From Anaerohalosphaeraceae bacterium (lineage in GTDB: Bacteria; Planctomycetota; Phycisphaerae; Sedimentisphaerales; Anaerohalosphaeraceae), in contig JBNRMN010000034.1 of NCBI GenBank assembly GCA_050309605.1, positions 128,001-192,000 on the forward strand: a stretch of DNA of 64,000 bases. The letters run 5' to 3'. Every line of letters starts with the position of its first letter. Within the stretch, counting starts at the first letter, position 1. A model generated the notes under the pieces. That model saw nothing but the letters and a program-made list of their open reading frames with translations. It was not told the DNA's origin and made no database searches. The translations under genes were made by a program, and so were the position numbers. Shown here piece after piece: positions 52,722-63,295 of the stretch.

Positions 52722-54851
52722 ATGGGAAATAGACCCCCTTTTTTTAATACCCTTTTCACGTCGCCGCGAGCCGCTGTCGCCGGAATGATGGCGATGACGC
52801 TCCTTGGCATAGGCTTGATGTTTTTACAGTTGAGCTATCCGGAGCTGAAAAGCGTTCATGAGGCGCGAGTGGTCGTTACCGCCGAAAATATGGTTCGGCA
52901 GGGGGATTGGGTCGTGCCTGTTTTCAACGACCAAATTCGCCTCGAAAAGCCGCCGCTGCCGTATTGGGTCGTCGCGGCCACACGTACGATCACCGGTTCG
53001 ATGGAAGAGTCGGCGTTCCGTTTGCCCTCAGCGGTAATGGGAGCAGCGGGGGTGCTGCTGGCGGCGCTCTGTGCCCGACTGATGTTTGGACGAAATACGG
53101 CCCTGTTGGCGGGGGTGTTTACTGCATTGATGCTGATGTATGTCATCGAAGCCCGACTGGCGGAAGTGGATATTTATTTGACGTTTTGCGTCACCGTCTG
53201 TCTGTTTTTGATGTGTCATATTTGTTATGGAACACACCGGCGGGATGGGTTGTGGTTGCTGTTGGGAGCGGCGGTCGCGGCGGGGGGGCTGGCCAAGGGA
53301 CCGGTGATTTTTATTTTTGCCGTGCCGCTGATCCTGTTGGGCTGTCTATTCTATCCGGACAGACGGCCGAAAGCGATTTGGTTTGTCGGGTGTTTGGGTG
53401 TGTTTGCGGTCTTGTCGGCAATTTGGCCGCTGCTGGTGATTCAGCGAGTGGGCTGGGAAACCGTCAGTGATGTGTGGTTTTCGGATATCATGCGCAATGT
53501 CGCAGAATACACACGCCGACGCAGGCCCTGGCATTTTTACTTGACCCGCTATTTGATGGTGGCGTTCCCCTGGTCGGTCCTGGCCGGCGCTGCGGCGCTG
53601 CTGCCGTTCTGGAAGGAAGTGAAAGCGAACCGTACATTGTGGCGTAAAACGCTTTTTCTTGTCTTGTCCATGGCCGCGGTGATTCTGGCGTTCTCATTGG
53701 TTCGCAAAAAGAAAATTGACTACCTCGTCCCGCTGGTGCCGATCATCGGTATTCTCATCGCAGCGGCGTGGGATATCATCCGTGATAATATGGCGCGTCG
53801 AACGGCGGCGGCGCGAGCCAATCGAATCCTGCTGTCGGCGCAGGCGATTCTGTTTATCGCCATGGGAGCCGTGGCGATTGTGTATGCATCTTTTGATCCG
53901 CTCAACAGGACAGCACTTATGATACTGGCCGGGATCGGGTTGTGTCTGGGTGGAGCGGCGGGAATCTATTTCATTAATAAAAACATGCCGACGGCGGCAT
54001 TGATGGGGCAAGGGACAGGCTTTTTGTTGTTCGGGTATCTACTGTTCGGCCTGTTCGTTCCGCAGGAAAATGTGCGTATCTCCCCGGCGCGATTCTGCTC
54101 GGCGGTCAGGGAAGTCATCGACGATGCGCCGGTGGTCTATTTCAAAGGCCGCGACGATACGCTGGTGTATCATCTGGACCGAACAATCCACCACGTTCGC
54201 TCGGCGGCGGAATTACAGACGTTTCTGCGTCAGCATCCCGACGCCTTTGTCCTTGTACGGCACCGATTTCTCGATGAGGCGCAATCCGTCGCCGATCACA
54301 TTGTCTTTCATCATCCCCGGATGCGCGATCTGGAGCTGCCCTTGCCGGAGTTTCCCTTCGGCAATGAAGACGATGAAGCCGACCAAGCCGACGAAGAAGA
54401 GATTCTTGGAGATACGGGATATTATTATAACATCTATGTTCTCAAGGCAGGGCAATGGGATCGGCCGCCGCGCACCTTTGATACCTATGAGGTGGAAGCG
54501 CCGAGCTGGCTGACGGCCGAATTCTTATGGGTCGGCTTTGGTCTGATTGCACAGACGATGTTTTTTATGCGGTTCCTGGTGCAGTGGATTGCCTCGGAAA
54601 AAGCAAAGCAAAGCGTTGTGCCCGTGCTTTTTTGGTGGCTCAGCCTCAGCGGCGGACTGATGCTGCTGACTTATGCGATCTATCGTCGTGATCCGGTCTT
54701 CATTTTCGGCCAATCGACGGGGGTATTTATCTATTTGCGCAATTTGTGGCTGATCTACGGACATAAAGAACCCACGGGCGGGACCGTGAGGGAAAAATCG
54801 GATGTGCTGGAAGACTCCGTAGCGTTTCAGGATAACGGGGCGTCAGACTGA
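52722..54851 (+). CDS. ArnT/GT83-like membrane glycosyltransferase fused to a C-terminal LAB_N (lipid A biosynthesis N-terminal) domain
   Basis: EARV, EKPPLPYW, RLPSA and LAKGP motifs; C-terminal GLIAQTMFFMRFLVQWIASEK...FWWLSL.GG..LL.YAI...DPVFI.GQ. Start set after the purH stop. Confidence 0.82.
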   Translation: MGNRPPFFNTLFTSPRAAVAGMMAMTLLGIGLMFLQLSYPELKSVHEARVVVTAENMVRQGDWVVPVFNDQIRLEKPPLPYWVVAATRTITGSMEESAFRLPSAVMGAAGVLLAALCARLMFGRNTALLAGVFTALMLMYVIEARLAEVDIYLTFCVTVCLFLMCHICYGTHRRDGLWLLLGAAVAAGGLAKGPVIFIFAVPLILLGCLFYPDRRPKAIWFVGCLGVFAVLSAIWPLLVIQRVGWETVSDVWFSDIMRNVAEYTRRRRPWHFYLTRYLMVAFPWSVLAGAAALLPFWKEVKANRTLWRKTLFLVLSMAAVILAFSLVRKKKIDYLVPLVPIIGILIAAAWDIIRDNMARRTAAARANRILLSAQAILFIAMGAVAIVYASFDPLNRTALMILAGIGLCLGGAAGIYFINKNMPTAALMGQGTGFLLFGYLLFGLFVPQENVRISPARFCSAVREVIDDAPVVYFKGRDDTLVYHLDRTIHHVRSAAELQTFLRQHPDAFVLVRHRFLDEAQSVADHIVFHHPRMRDLELPLPEFPFGNEDDEADQADEEEILGDTGYYYNIYVLKAGQWDRPPRTFDTYEVEAPSWLTAEFLWVGFGLIAQTMFFMRFLVQWIASEKAKQSVVPVLFWWLSLSGGLMLLTYAIYRRDPVFIFGQSTGVFIYLRNLWLIYGHKEPTGGTVREKSDVLEDSVAFQDNGASD

Positions 54852-54864
54852 TTGAGGATGTTTT

Positions 54865-55602
54865 ATGACTGCGGACAAGCCTGTGAACAACATTGAACTT
54901 TCGCTGGTGATTCCCGCTTATAATGAGCAGGACACCATAGATCCCTTGCTTGCGCGGATCGCCGAAGTATTCGAAGACGCCGTTTATTCCTTTGAAGCCA
55001 TTGTGGTGGATGACGGCAGTACCGATCGAACGCTCGAACTGCTCAAGGCCGCTAAAACCCAAAAACCCTGGCTTAGAATTCTCACCTTCGACCGCAATCA
55101 CGGCCAGACTGCTGCGATGAGCGCCGGCTTTCAAGCCGCCGGCGGGCGTATCGTCGCCACACTGGATGCCGACTTGCAGAACGACCCGGCGGAGGTGCCG
55201 CGATTGATGAAACTGCTTAGTGATGAAGTCGATGCCGTGATCGGCTGGCGTCAGAAGCGACAAGACCCCTGGCTGCGCAGAGTCTCGACCAAAATTGCCA
55301 ATACCGTTCGCAACTGGCTCTCCGGCGAGTCGATCCATGACTCGGCCTGTTCACTAAAGGTCTATAAACGCGGCTGTCTGGAGCACGTTACGCTTTTTGA
55401 AGGCATGCACCGGTTTATGCCGACGCTGGTCAAGATGCAGGGCTATCACGTCATTGAAGTGCCCGTCTCGCATCATCCGCGTTACGCTGGACAGGCCAAA
55501 TACGGCGTTTGGAATCGCGTCTTCAAGGCTTTTTTTGATTTGCTGGCGGTGCGCTGGATGAAAAAAAGGGTTTTGCGCTATCGCGTCACAGAAATTGAGT
55601 AG
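54865..55602 (+). CDS. GT2 polyprenol-phosphate glycosyltransferase (ArnC/DPM-like)
   Basis: SLVIPAYNE, VDDGSTD, NHGQTAA and DADLQNDP. Confidence 0.9.
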   Translation: MTADKPVNNIELSLVIPAYNEQDTIDPLLARIAEVFEDAVYSFEAIVVDDGSTDRTLELLKAAKTQKPWLRILTFDRNHGQTAAMSAGFQAAGGRIVATLDADLQNDPAEVPRLMKLLSDEVDAVIGWRQKRQDPWLRRVSTKIANTVRNWLSGESIHDSACSLKVYKRGCLEHVTLFEGMHRFMPTLVKMQGYHVIEVPVSHHPRYAGQAKYGVWNRVFKAFFDLLAVRWMKKRVLRYRVTEIE

Positions 55603-55627
55603 GTCTTTTCGGCGGACTGCGAATCGG

Positions 55628-56398
55628 ATGCTGACACACTTGCGACAACCTGTTACTCGCCTGTGGGGTCGGGTGTGCCGGGGACTTGCCGGACTGGACG
55701 ACTTGCTGTTTCCGCCGTATTGCCTTCTTTGCAAGACGCCGATTGACAGGCAAAATGACGGCTTGTGCCTGGGTTGCTGGCAGGAGCTGACACGGAACGT
55801 TGCCGGCGATTACTGCCGTCGGTGCGGCCGCAACGCCAGCCCCTTCGGCATTGTCAACAACCGCTGCGGCGCCTGTCAGAACGAAACGCCCGCTTTCGAT
55901 GGTATCATCCGGGCCGGCGTCTATGAAACGGCCTTGCGCAGCCTGATTCTGGCGTTCAAATTCCACCAGCGCACGGAATACGCTCCGCGGCTTGGCCGCA
56001 TGATGCGCGACGCGCTGGCCGTCAGCGGCTTTGCGCGTCAAATCGACTTGTTCGTTCCCGTTCCTCTCCATTGGCGGCGACGACTGGAACGCGGCTATAA
56101 TCAGGCCTTCTATCTATCGCGGCATCTGTGTGCGCCGCCGGCTCGCATCTGTACCGACCTGGTCCGAACCCGCTACACCAAACGCCAGTGGAATCTAACC
56201 GAAGCCCAGCGCCGTCGCAACGTCAAAAACGCCTTTGCCGTCCGTCGCGGCCATCGCTTCGAAGGCAAATCCGTCGCCTTGGTCGATGATATCACGACCA
56301 GCGGCGCGACCTTAACCGAATGCGCCAACGTTCTCAAGGCCGCCGGTGCCAGACAGGTGTACGCCGTCGTGACTGCCGTCGCCCATCAGGACACGTAG
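55628..56398 (+). CDS. comF: ComF-family protein (Zn ribbons plus PRTase domain)
   Basis: Four CxxC pairs, PVPLH...RGYNQ and LVDDITTSGAT; start uncertain. Confidence 0.88.
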   Translation: MLTHLRQPVTRLWGRVCRGLAGLDDLLFPPYCLLCKTPIDRQNDGLCLGCWQELTRNVAGDYCRRCGRNASPFGIVNNRCGACQNETPAFDGIIRAGVYETALRSLILAFKFHQRTEYAPRLGRMMRDALAVSGFARQIDLFVPVPLHWRRRLERGYNQAFYLSRHLCAPPARICTDLVRTRYTKRQWNLTEAQRRRNVKNAFAVRRGHRFEGKSVALVDDITTSGATLTECANVLKAAGARQVYAVVTAVAHQDT

Positions 56399-56462
56399 CC
56401 CCTGCAAAACAAAGGAAGCAGTAAGATAATTTCAAGTGAACTGACCGCGCATTGTCGATAAG

Positions 56463-56975
56463 TTATGCGCTGAGTTTTGCCAGTGCGTCGCGAATCAAGC
56501 CCTGAAGCACGCCGTCGGACAAATCTGCAAGCTCCGGCTCCGGATGGTCGGCCCGCGCCATCGCACCAAGGACACGCTGGGCGATCTTTTTATGGCGGTG
56601 CAGTGAATCGAATGTTTGCTCGGCCTGTGTCAGCTCCCCGTCGGCCATCTGACGAAGATACAGAATAGAATTCTTGATGATCTCTTTTTCTGCCGCCTTT
56701 TGGGCGTTTGGGTCGTCCTGAGGTCCGTCGTCAACCGGCTGACGTTCCTTTAATATCTTGTGTGTCAGGTCATACGTTTCACGCATCAGCTCATTGACCT
56801 GCGTTTCTTCGGCCTCGTCAATCGGTGTCAGCTTCAGCTCCGGTTCATCATTGGATTTCGGCAGGGGGATATAACACCGATGTTGGCAATACGGGCACTT
56901 GCCCCATTTACCCCCTGATTCGTCCGGCGCTTTGATTTTCTTTTTGCACGACTCACAATGAAAGCTGATCGCCAT
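56463..56975 (-). CDS. Hypothetical protein with N-terminal zinc ribbon
   Basis: CESC...GKCPYC at the N-terminus; GAGGG RBS. Confidence 0.75.
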   Translation of the reverse strand: MAISFHCESCKKKIKAPDESGGKWGKCPYCQHRCYIPLPKSNDEPELKLTPIDEAEETQVNELMRETYDLTHKILKERQPVDDGPQDDPNAQKAAEKEIIKNSILYLRQMADGELTQAEQTFDSLHRHKKIAQRVLGAMARADHPEPELADLSDGVLQGLIRDALAKLSA

Positions 56976-57063
56976 GGTCCTGCCCTCTATGAAATAACAT
57001 TACACCGTATTTGATTGTCCGTCCACACAGCCGCGACAGAGCGTTAAAATCGGTACGCCTGGA

Positions 57064-57423
57064 TTATTGCCCCGCTTCGGCTGAATAGTCCGCCCGCACC
57101 TCGGTGGTGATCCCGCCGCGCGGCGTAAACTGGGAGGTGATTCGCATCCAGCGCGGCTGGCAGGCCGAAACAAGATCATCCAAAATATCGTTGGTCAATC
57201 GCTCATAAAAAATCCCCTGATTGCGGAAACTCTGCATATAAAATTTCAGACTTTTCAGCTCAATGCAGGATTTATCAGGGACATACTCAATCAGGATTTC
57301 GCCAAAATCCGGTTGTCCCGTCTTGGGACATACGCTCGTAAACTCCGGACAGTGGATCGTAATGGTGTAATCCCGGCCGGGACGGGGATTGTCAAACAGT
57401 TCGATGGTCGGCTTATCACTCAT
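57064..57423 (-). CDS. queF: NADPH-dependent 7-cyano-7-deazaguanine reductase (type I)
   Basis: [23 protein letters not shown] and PRGG. Confidence 0.95.
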   Translation of the reverse strand: MSDKPTIELFDNPRPGRDYTITIHCPEFTSVCPKTGQPDFGEILIEYVPDKSCIELKSLKFYMQSFRNQGIFYERLTNDILDDLVSACQPRWMRITSQFTPRGGITTEVRADYSAEAGQ

Positions 57424-57530
57424 ACAGATTTCCAATCCGTCAAAAAAACAGTGCGTTTTTGTTCAAAAAATGCTAAATTACCTGTGTATTTTAGTGCAAA
57501 CCGGAATTGTTATCAAGGAATTCGACAAAA

Positions 57531-58226
57531 ATGTCCACGAAATCAGCGATCATCTTGCTCAGCGGGGGGCTGGACTCGGCCACCACACTGGCCATGGCCA
57601 AAGACCAGGGGTACGACTGTTACGCAATGACGTTTCAGTACGGTCAGCGACACGCCCGCGAAATTCAGGCGGCCCGGCGAATTGCAGCGGCCTTCGATGT
57701 GCACGAGCACAGATTCATCGCGATTGATTTGGCGGCTTTCGGCGGGTCGGCCCTGACGGATCCGGCCCTTGCGGTACCTTCTGATAGAACTGACATATCC
57801 TCTGAAATACCAATTACTTATGTTCCTGCTCGCAACACTGTTTTTCTCAGTTATGCACTGGCCTGGGCCGAGGTGCTGGGGCTGTGGGATATCTTCATCG
57901 GCGTCAACGCCCTCGATTACAGCGGCTATCCCGACTGCCGGCCGGCCTTTGTTGCAGCCTTTGAGACCATGGCCAATCTGGCAACCGCCAGGGCCGTGCA
58001 GGGGCAGGGGACCTATCGTATCCGCACGCCGATTATCGAGATGACCAAGGCCCAAATCATACGCAGGGGGATTGAATTGGGCGTCGATTACGCCCTGACC
58101 CATAGCTGCTACGATCCCGACCCCGCAGGCCGTGCATGCGGCCGCTGCGACGCCTGCCGACTGCGGCTCAAAGGCTTCGAACAGGCCGGACTGCGCGATC
58201 CGATAGAATACGCAAAATATCAGTAG
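57531..58226 (+). CDS. queC: 7-cyano-7-deazaguanine synthase
   Basis: LSGGLDS, YGQRH, YVPARN, GYPDCRP and CGRCDAC. Confidence 0.96.
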   Translation: MSTKSAIILLSGGLDSATTLAMAKDQGYDCYAMTFQYGQRHAREIQAARRIAAAFDVHEHRFIAIDLAAFGGSALTDPALAVPSDRTDISSEIPITYVPARNTVFLSYALAWAEVLGLWDIFIGVNALDYSGYPDCRPAFVAAFETMANLATARAVQGQGTYRIRTPIIEMTKAQIIRRGIELGVDYALTHSCYDPDPAGRACGRCDACRLRLKGFEQAGLRDPIEYAKYQ

Positions 58227-58401
58227 CGCTGCGGTGCGAGCCGCCCCATAATCGTCCGGTTAGCCGAGCCATTTCGATGCAACTGGCGGCACCCCCTTAA
58301 ACACCGCCATTTGCCCAAAAAAAATGCTTTTATCGACGCGATATTCAGGGTATAGTGGTCTGACAAAGACAAGTTTGATGTGAGCACAGCGAGGTGTAAC
58401 A

Positions 58402-59367
58402 ATGACAGAACGGATTCCCAAAGTCCTTGTGGTCGGGCCGACCTATGTGGATATGGCGGTCAAATGCGAGCTGTTTCCCGAACCCGGCAGGCCGGTCGAA
58501 GGGTCCGGTTTTTCCTGCGTGTCGACCGGCGCGGGACTGAACGAGGCAATTCAGGCCGCCCTGTGCGGCGCCGAGGTCTATTTGCTTTCGCGTATCGGCG
58601 AGGACTGTTTCGGCGAGATGATCAAACAAACCCTGCGGCGGTACGGCGTGTCCACGGATCTGGTTTACTTGACTCAGGCCATCAGTACCGGCATCGTCGT
58701 AACGATGGTGGACGGCAACGGCGAAAATCGAAGCTGCCGCTCAGCCGGCGCCAATCGGGTGCTCGGACGGGATGAAATCGAATACGCCGGGGCCGAACAG
58801 CTCATTCAGACGGCCGATGTCTGTCTGGTCAGCGACGGCATCCCGCCGACGGCGGCGGTCTCGGCCATCCGCACGGCCGGCCTGCACAAAACCCGCGTCG
58901 TGCTCGAAGCACGCCTGCCGGGCGTGGAGCGGCAGGTGCTGCGGTCGATTGACTGGCCGGTCGATTTCTTCAATGCCGATGTCATTATTTTGCGATTTGA
59001 AGGCATTGTTTGCGCCTCGGAGCTTGGCGCCGGCGGCGACGGCGACCTGAAATTTATCGGCACCGAGCTGGTCGCCTGCGGCGCCCGATGCGTTGTCATC
59101 AGCATGGGTTGGCACGGCGCGCTGGTCATCGACCGACATGGACAGCGGCGCATACCCGGCATTACACTGGATGTGGTCGATCAGACCGGCTGTGAGTCGG
59201 CCTTTGCCGGTGCCCTGGCCGCAAGCTGCGGCAGCGGTGACGATCCCGACAGGGCGGTCAAGTTTGCCGTCGCCGCCGAGACACTGGCCCGAAGCCGTTT
59301 CGGCCTGCACGACGCACTGCCCAAAAAAGAAGATATCCTCATGCTCCTGCAAGACCAGCCGGATTGA
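58402..59367 (+). CDS. PfkB/ribokinase-family protein with a degenerate catalytic motif
   Basis: Ribokinase layout (VVG..YVD, RIGEDCFG, GENR...GAN), but DQTGCESAF replaces DTTGAGDxF. Confidence 0.8.
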   Translation: MTERIPKVLVVGPTYVDMAVKCELFPEPGRPVEGSGFSCVSTGAGLNEAIQAALCGAEVYLLSRIGEDCFGEMIKQTLRRYGVSTDLVYLTQAISTGIVVTMVDGNGENRSCRSAGANRVLGRDEIEYAGAEQLIQTADVCLVSDGIPPTAAVSAIRTAGLHKTRVVLEARLPGVERQVLRSIDWPVDFFNADVIILRFEGIVCASELGAGGDGDLKFIGTELVACGARCVVISMGWHGALVIDRHGQRRIPGITLDVVDQTGCESAFAGALAASCGSGDDPDRAVKFAVAAETLARSRFGLHDALPKKEDILMLLQDQPD

Positions 59368-59461
59368 GAACGATGAGAATCCAAATGGAAGGATGAGAAA
59401 TGGACAGTTTTGCATACTGGATATTTGGATATCAGAAGTTTTCTGAGCCTCAATAATAACA

Positions 59462-60367
59462 ATGAAAAATTCTAAAACATCTTTGCGACTGCTGCTGACC
59501 CTGTTGCTGTGGGGTCTAACGGTTTCCGCTGAAATGCCTGCATCGGCAATCGACCCCAATGTCGTCGAACAGCCCGTCAGCCTTGACCATTTACCGGATG
59601 TCAGTTATGCGTTTTATCCATTTGATGAGCCGCGGCCGATTCGCGTACACGTGCTGGAGATTGATCTTTCGCAGGACACGGTCGAGCCGGTAGTTGTCAT
59701 CGGCGACAATCCGCCGGAAGAAGACCGAAACGCCGTCCGTGCCGATCCGCGCAAGCTGGCCGCCCATCCGCATCTGATGGCGTTTGTCAACACCAATCCC
59801 TGGACGCCATGGGGGCCGATTTATCCGATAAACGTGACGATTACCGGTCTGGCCGCAGCCAACGGCGTGGTTCGCAGCCCGCATCGCGGCGTATCGGTCT
59901 GGACGAATAAACAAGGCCGCGTTTTTATTGGCGATCCAAAAGACACCGAGATTCAGGAAGGCGTTGGCGGCTTTGAGCAAATCCTCAAGGCCGGTCAGAT
60001 CATCGTCGAAAAGGGCGGTCCGTTGCATCCGCGCACGGCCATCGGCGTCAATGAACACGGCGATCGGTTGTATCTGGCGGTTGCCGACGGGAGACAGCCG
60101 GGGTTCAGTGAAGGCATGAGTCTGGAAGAATTGGCAGCGCTCATGAGCGATCTGGGCTGTTGGGACGCCGCCAATATGGACGGGGGCGGCAGCAGCGTCC
60201 TGGGCATTGTCGATAAGAACGACCGGATTCGCATCCTCAACCGACCGCCCGGCCCGCCGGGTTATTTACGCCCGCTGCCTATCATTTTAACCCTCCGTCA
60301 TAAGCAGACCCCCGACGAACTGGATCAGCTTGGATGCCCCAAAGAAAATGAAACAGGGGGGAAATGA
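59462..60367 (+). CDS. Exported phosphodiester glycosidase (NAGPA/DUF2233) family protein
   Basis: HPRTAIG, DGRQPGFSEG and NMDGGGSS. Confidence 0.88.
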   Translation: MKNSKTSLRLLLTLLLWGLTVSAEMPASAIDPNVVEQPVSLDHLPDVSYAFYPFDEPRPIRVHVLEIDLSQDTVEPVVVIGDNPPEEDRNAVRADPRKLAAHPHLMAFVNTNPWTPWGPIYPINVTITGLAAANGVVRSPHRGVSVWTNKQGRVFIGDPKDTEIQEGVGGFEQILKAGQIIVEKGGPLHPRTAIGVNEHGDRLYLAVADGRQPGFSEGMSLEELAALMSDLGCWDAANMDGGGSSVLGIVDKNDRIRILNRPPGPPGYLRPLPIILTLRHKQTPDELDQLGCPKENETGGK

Positions 60368-61514
60368 CTTGAATTTTGTGCGAAAACACGATATTCTTGA
60401 CGCCTCACAGGTGATGTCCGAACTTATCGGCGGCCATCCGATCCATTTGGAACAATGCCGCATCAGAGGAACAATGGATTTAAACGCCGCACTGGTAAAT
60501 GCGTCCGCAGAAAGGGACGAGACGATCTCACGTTCTATCACTCTGACACAAGACATCCATTTTAACAATTGCACATTTGAAGAAGATGTCTCCTTTTCCG
60601 GTCCGTGGGAAAACACCGAGAGTCTGCGTGTGATCTTTAAGGGCGATGTGCGTTTTAATATGTCTGTTTTTTCAGGACAGGCGCGGTTCATCGGTGCGAC
60701 GTTCGAAAAAACCGCCGGTTTTGACGGCTGTACATTCCAGCGGGTCTGTGCGTTTCGGGAAGCAGTTTTCGGCGGACGGACACTGTTTCGCACCGTAATG
60801 TTTGACGGATACGTGCTGTTTAATAAAGCGCAATTCGTCGAAGACGCCCGGTTTATCAATACCTGTTTTAGCAAAGGCGCCAATTTTACCGAGACAATTT
60901 TTCGAAGCAAAGCCGATTTTCAGGGCGTCTATTCCCGCGGACGAACCATCCCGCAGATTGACGGTGTGTGTTTTCAGCGCAAACGATTTGGCGATGAGGT
61001 TACATTTTGGCGTTTCATGAAACAAGTCAGCCAGGAAGCGGGATTGTATCGGGATGCCGGGCAATGCTTTTACAAAGAACAATGTGCGCATTTCTGGCAG
61101 CGGTTTCGCGGTCCGGATTATTGACGGCTCTCGGCAGCAGGGAAAGCTTTACGCTGGGCCGCGGGCTTTCGATTGATACCTGAACTGTTGCTCGGTCGTC
61201 TTCTGTTCGGTTACGGCGAAAGACCGATCCGCGTATTGACCGCCGCGGGACTATTGATTCTGGTGTGCGGTCTGTTTTACAGCTCGCCGCTGGCGCGGTT
61301 TTCCATTGCAAACGATCCGACACGCGATCAATTAACGCTGCTGGAAGGCATATTTTACAGTACGACAACGTTTACCACACTGGGGCTGGGAGATTTTGCG
61401 CCGGCCACGGCATCAACGCTGACCAAATTGGTTACGATGTTTGAGGCGTTTACCGGCGCTTTTTTGATTGCGCTGTTTGTCGTGTGTTTTTGGAAGCGTT
61501 TCTCACGCGGGTAA
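60348..61514 (+). pseudogene. Pentapeptide-repeat plus two-TM ion-channel (Ion_trans_2-like) gene interrupted by one in-frame TGA at 61122-61124
   Basis: ORFs 60330..61124 and 61173..61514 are in the same frame, separated only by TGA. Pentapeptide F-x-x-A-x-F repeats, then FGYGERP and YSTTTFTTLGLGD. Start uncertain. Confidence 0.7.
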
Positions 61515-61684
61515 GGAACAGGGAAGTCGTATTTGTAAGACTTTACCAAAAATGAAGCAACGCCTTAATGGGTCGTATGACTGCCCTGTCCAAAGTCCGA
61601 TAATGTATCTTATGTTGCATTCAGCGGAAAAACTTTATCCAGGAGTAATTTCAGGGAGATTTTAGCGGGATTCTATCGTCCGCC

Positions 61685-63295
61685 TCAGCCGGATTTCATT
61701 GCCGCTAAATTGCCGGCTGTTTCAATCATCCGATGCCAATTGGTAAAGGCCCGATCTACCAAGCCGAGGTTTTCAAGAATCGTCTCCAGATTGGTATGCA
61801 CTTCGGTATCCTGAATCGGCTCACCGACCTGCATCTGAACTTGCCGCAAGGCCCTGGCAAAGGCCGGCCGGTCACAATACAAAATGGCCGTGCGATAATA
61901 CAAGTGGAACATTGCCGCAGGGATCGGTTCGGTTGTACGCAGCGTTGCCAGCGCCTCATCCACTTGACCGTTGTCAAATTGGCACAGACACAGCTTACTG
62001 CGGGCACGGTAATGAATCGGATTCAGCCGGATTGTGTTTTCGAATGCCTCAATGGCCTCGGTGTAATTATTTTCGACCATCATCAGGATGCCGTACTTAT
62101 AATGCACATCCGCCCGCGATTCGAGGTGTCTGACCTGATCATGATGTGCCCGAATGACATCGTTAATCATCACAACGACCCGTTCGGACGGCTGTGAATC
62201 CGGTTTGTTGTCGTCCACAATAGTCTGAAAATGAAGAGTCGCCGCCTCCGAAAACAGTAATGTGCTGTTTTGCTGAATGGACGATGTCAGTGACAATGTC
62301 CGTCCGGCTTCATCAATATCCCCTGCGGCCTGGTGCGCTGCGGCCAGCCCGATATACGCATCGACGATTTCGTCGTTCAGTTCGGCGGCCCGATTGAACT
62401 GCTCTGCGGCCAGCGAGAACCGTCGGCTGCGCAGGTAATGTGTCCCCAGTTTTATCATCGCTTCAAGTGAATTGGGTTGGCAGCGAATGGCGTTTTCATA
62501 GCAGGCGATTGCCTCGCCGTCCCGACCCCATCGCCCGTACACTTCGGCCATGCGAACAATCAAATCCGGCATTGGCCCGACCTGCTCGATAAGCCAATGG
62601 ATTTTTTCGAGCGCCTGTTCGTACAAGCCGTTTTCAACCAGGGCGTCGATGTCATCGTTTTCGCCCACATCCAGAAAATTATCGGGATGTGAAATAATCG
62701 CCAGATTGAACATATCAATCGCTTGTTCGGTTTGTTCGGTCGTCAGATAGAGATAGCCGAGCAGCACCATTGAGGTAATGTCGTCGGGATGTTCGCGGAT
62801 CAGCAATTCATACTCCGCGACCGCTTTGTCCAAATGCCCCAACCGCAGACTGATCGCCGCCAGCCGCTGCCGAGGCAATTGCAGATGATGCTGAAATTTC
62901 AGGCAATCCTGGTAACATTCCGCCGCTTCGGCCGATTGACCGAGCCGTTCGCGGCAGTATCCCATAATGTACAAGGCCATCGTATTGGACGGCTGACGAA
63001 AATATACACTTAGGGCCTGCTCCAGCGCTTCGACTGGTTCGTTGTTTCTCAGACACAGCGCCGCGGCGGCCATCCGACCCAGACAGCATTCCGGAAAGTC
63101 GTGCAGATAGCGCCGGAGTTTGTCCTCGGCCTGAACCATTTCGTGGTTGGCCAGATGCTCAATGATGCCGGCAAGTTGGTCTTTTGCGTTCGGGTCGTTT
63201 ATTTTTTGTGGAAGATTCTGATCCAGCCAGTGCCATATCAATTCCACCGTGTCAAGGGCGATTCCTTTTCCAAAGATCTCAAGCAGTTTGCTCAT
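61685..63295 (-). CDS. Tetratricopeptide-repeat protein
   Basis: Multiple TPR-like units (EAIACYENAIRCQP, EAIEAFENTIRLNP); start set at MSKLL. Confidence 0.85.
   Translation of the reverse strand: MSKLLEIFGKGIALDTVELIWHWLDQNLPQKINDPNAKDQLAGIIEHLANHEMVQAEDKLRRYLHDFPECCLGRMAAAALCLRNNEPVEALEQALSVYFRQPSNTMALYIMGYCRERLGQSAEAAECYQDCLKFQHHLQLPRQRLAAISLRLGHLDKAVAEYELLIREHPDDITSMVLLGYLYLTTEQTEQAIDMFNLAIISHPDNFLDVGENDDIDALVENGLYEQALEKIHWLIEQVGPMPDLIVRMAEVYGRWGRDGEAIACYENAIRCQPNSLEAMIKLGTHYLRSRRFSLAAEQFNRAAELNDEIVDAYIGLAAAHQAAGDIDEAGRTLSLTSSIQQNSTLLFSEAATLHFQTIVDDNKPDSQPSERVVVMINDVIRAHHDQVRHLESRADVHYKYGILMMVENNYTEAIEAFENTIRLNPIHYRARSKLCLCQFDNGQVDEALATLRTTEPIPAAMFHLYYRTAILYCDRPAFARALRQVQMQVGEPIQDTEVHTNLETILENLGLVDRAFTNWHRMIETAGNLAAMKSG

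Noticed and set aside
57424..57530. preQ1 riboswitch between divergent queF and queC
   Set aside because: No recognisable preQ1 stem-loop with its A-rich tail; the region looks like divergent promoters.
59368..59435. Short repeats (GATGAGAA x2, TGGATAT x2) as CRISPR or mobile-element remnants
   Set aside because: They are too short and irregular, with no repeat-spacer periodicity and no cas or transposase genes.
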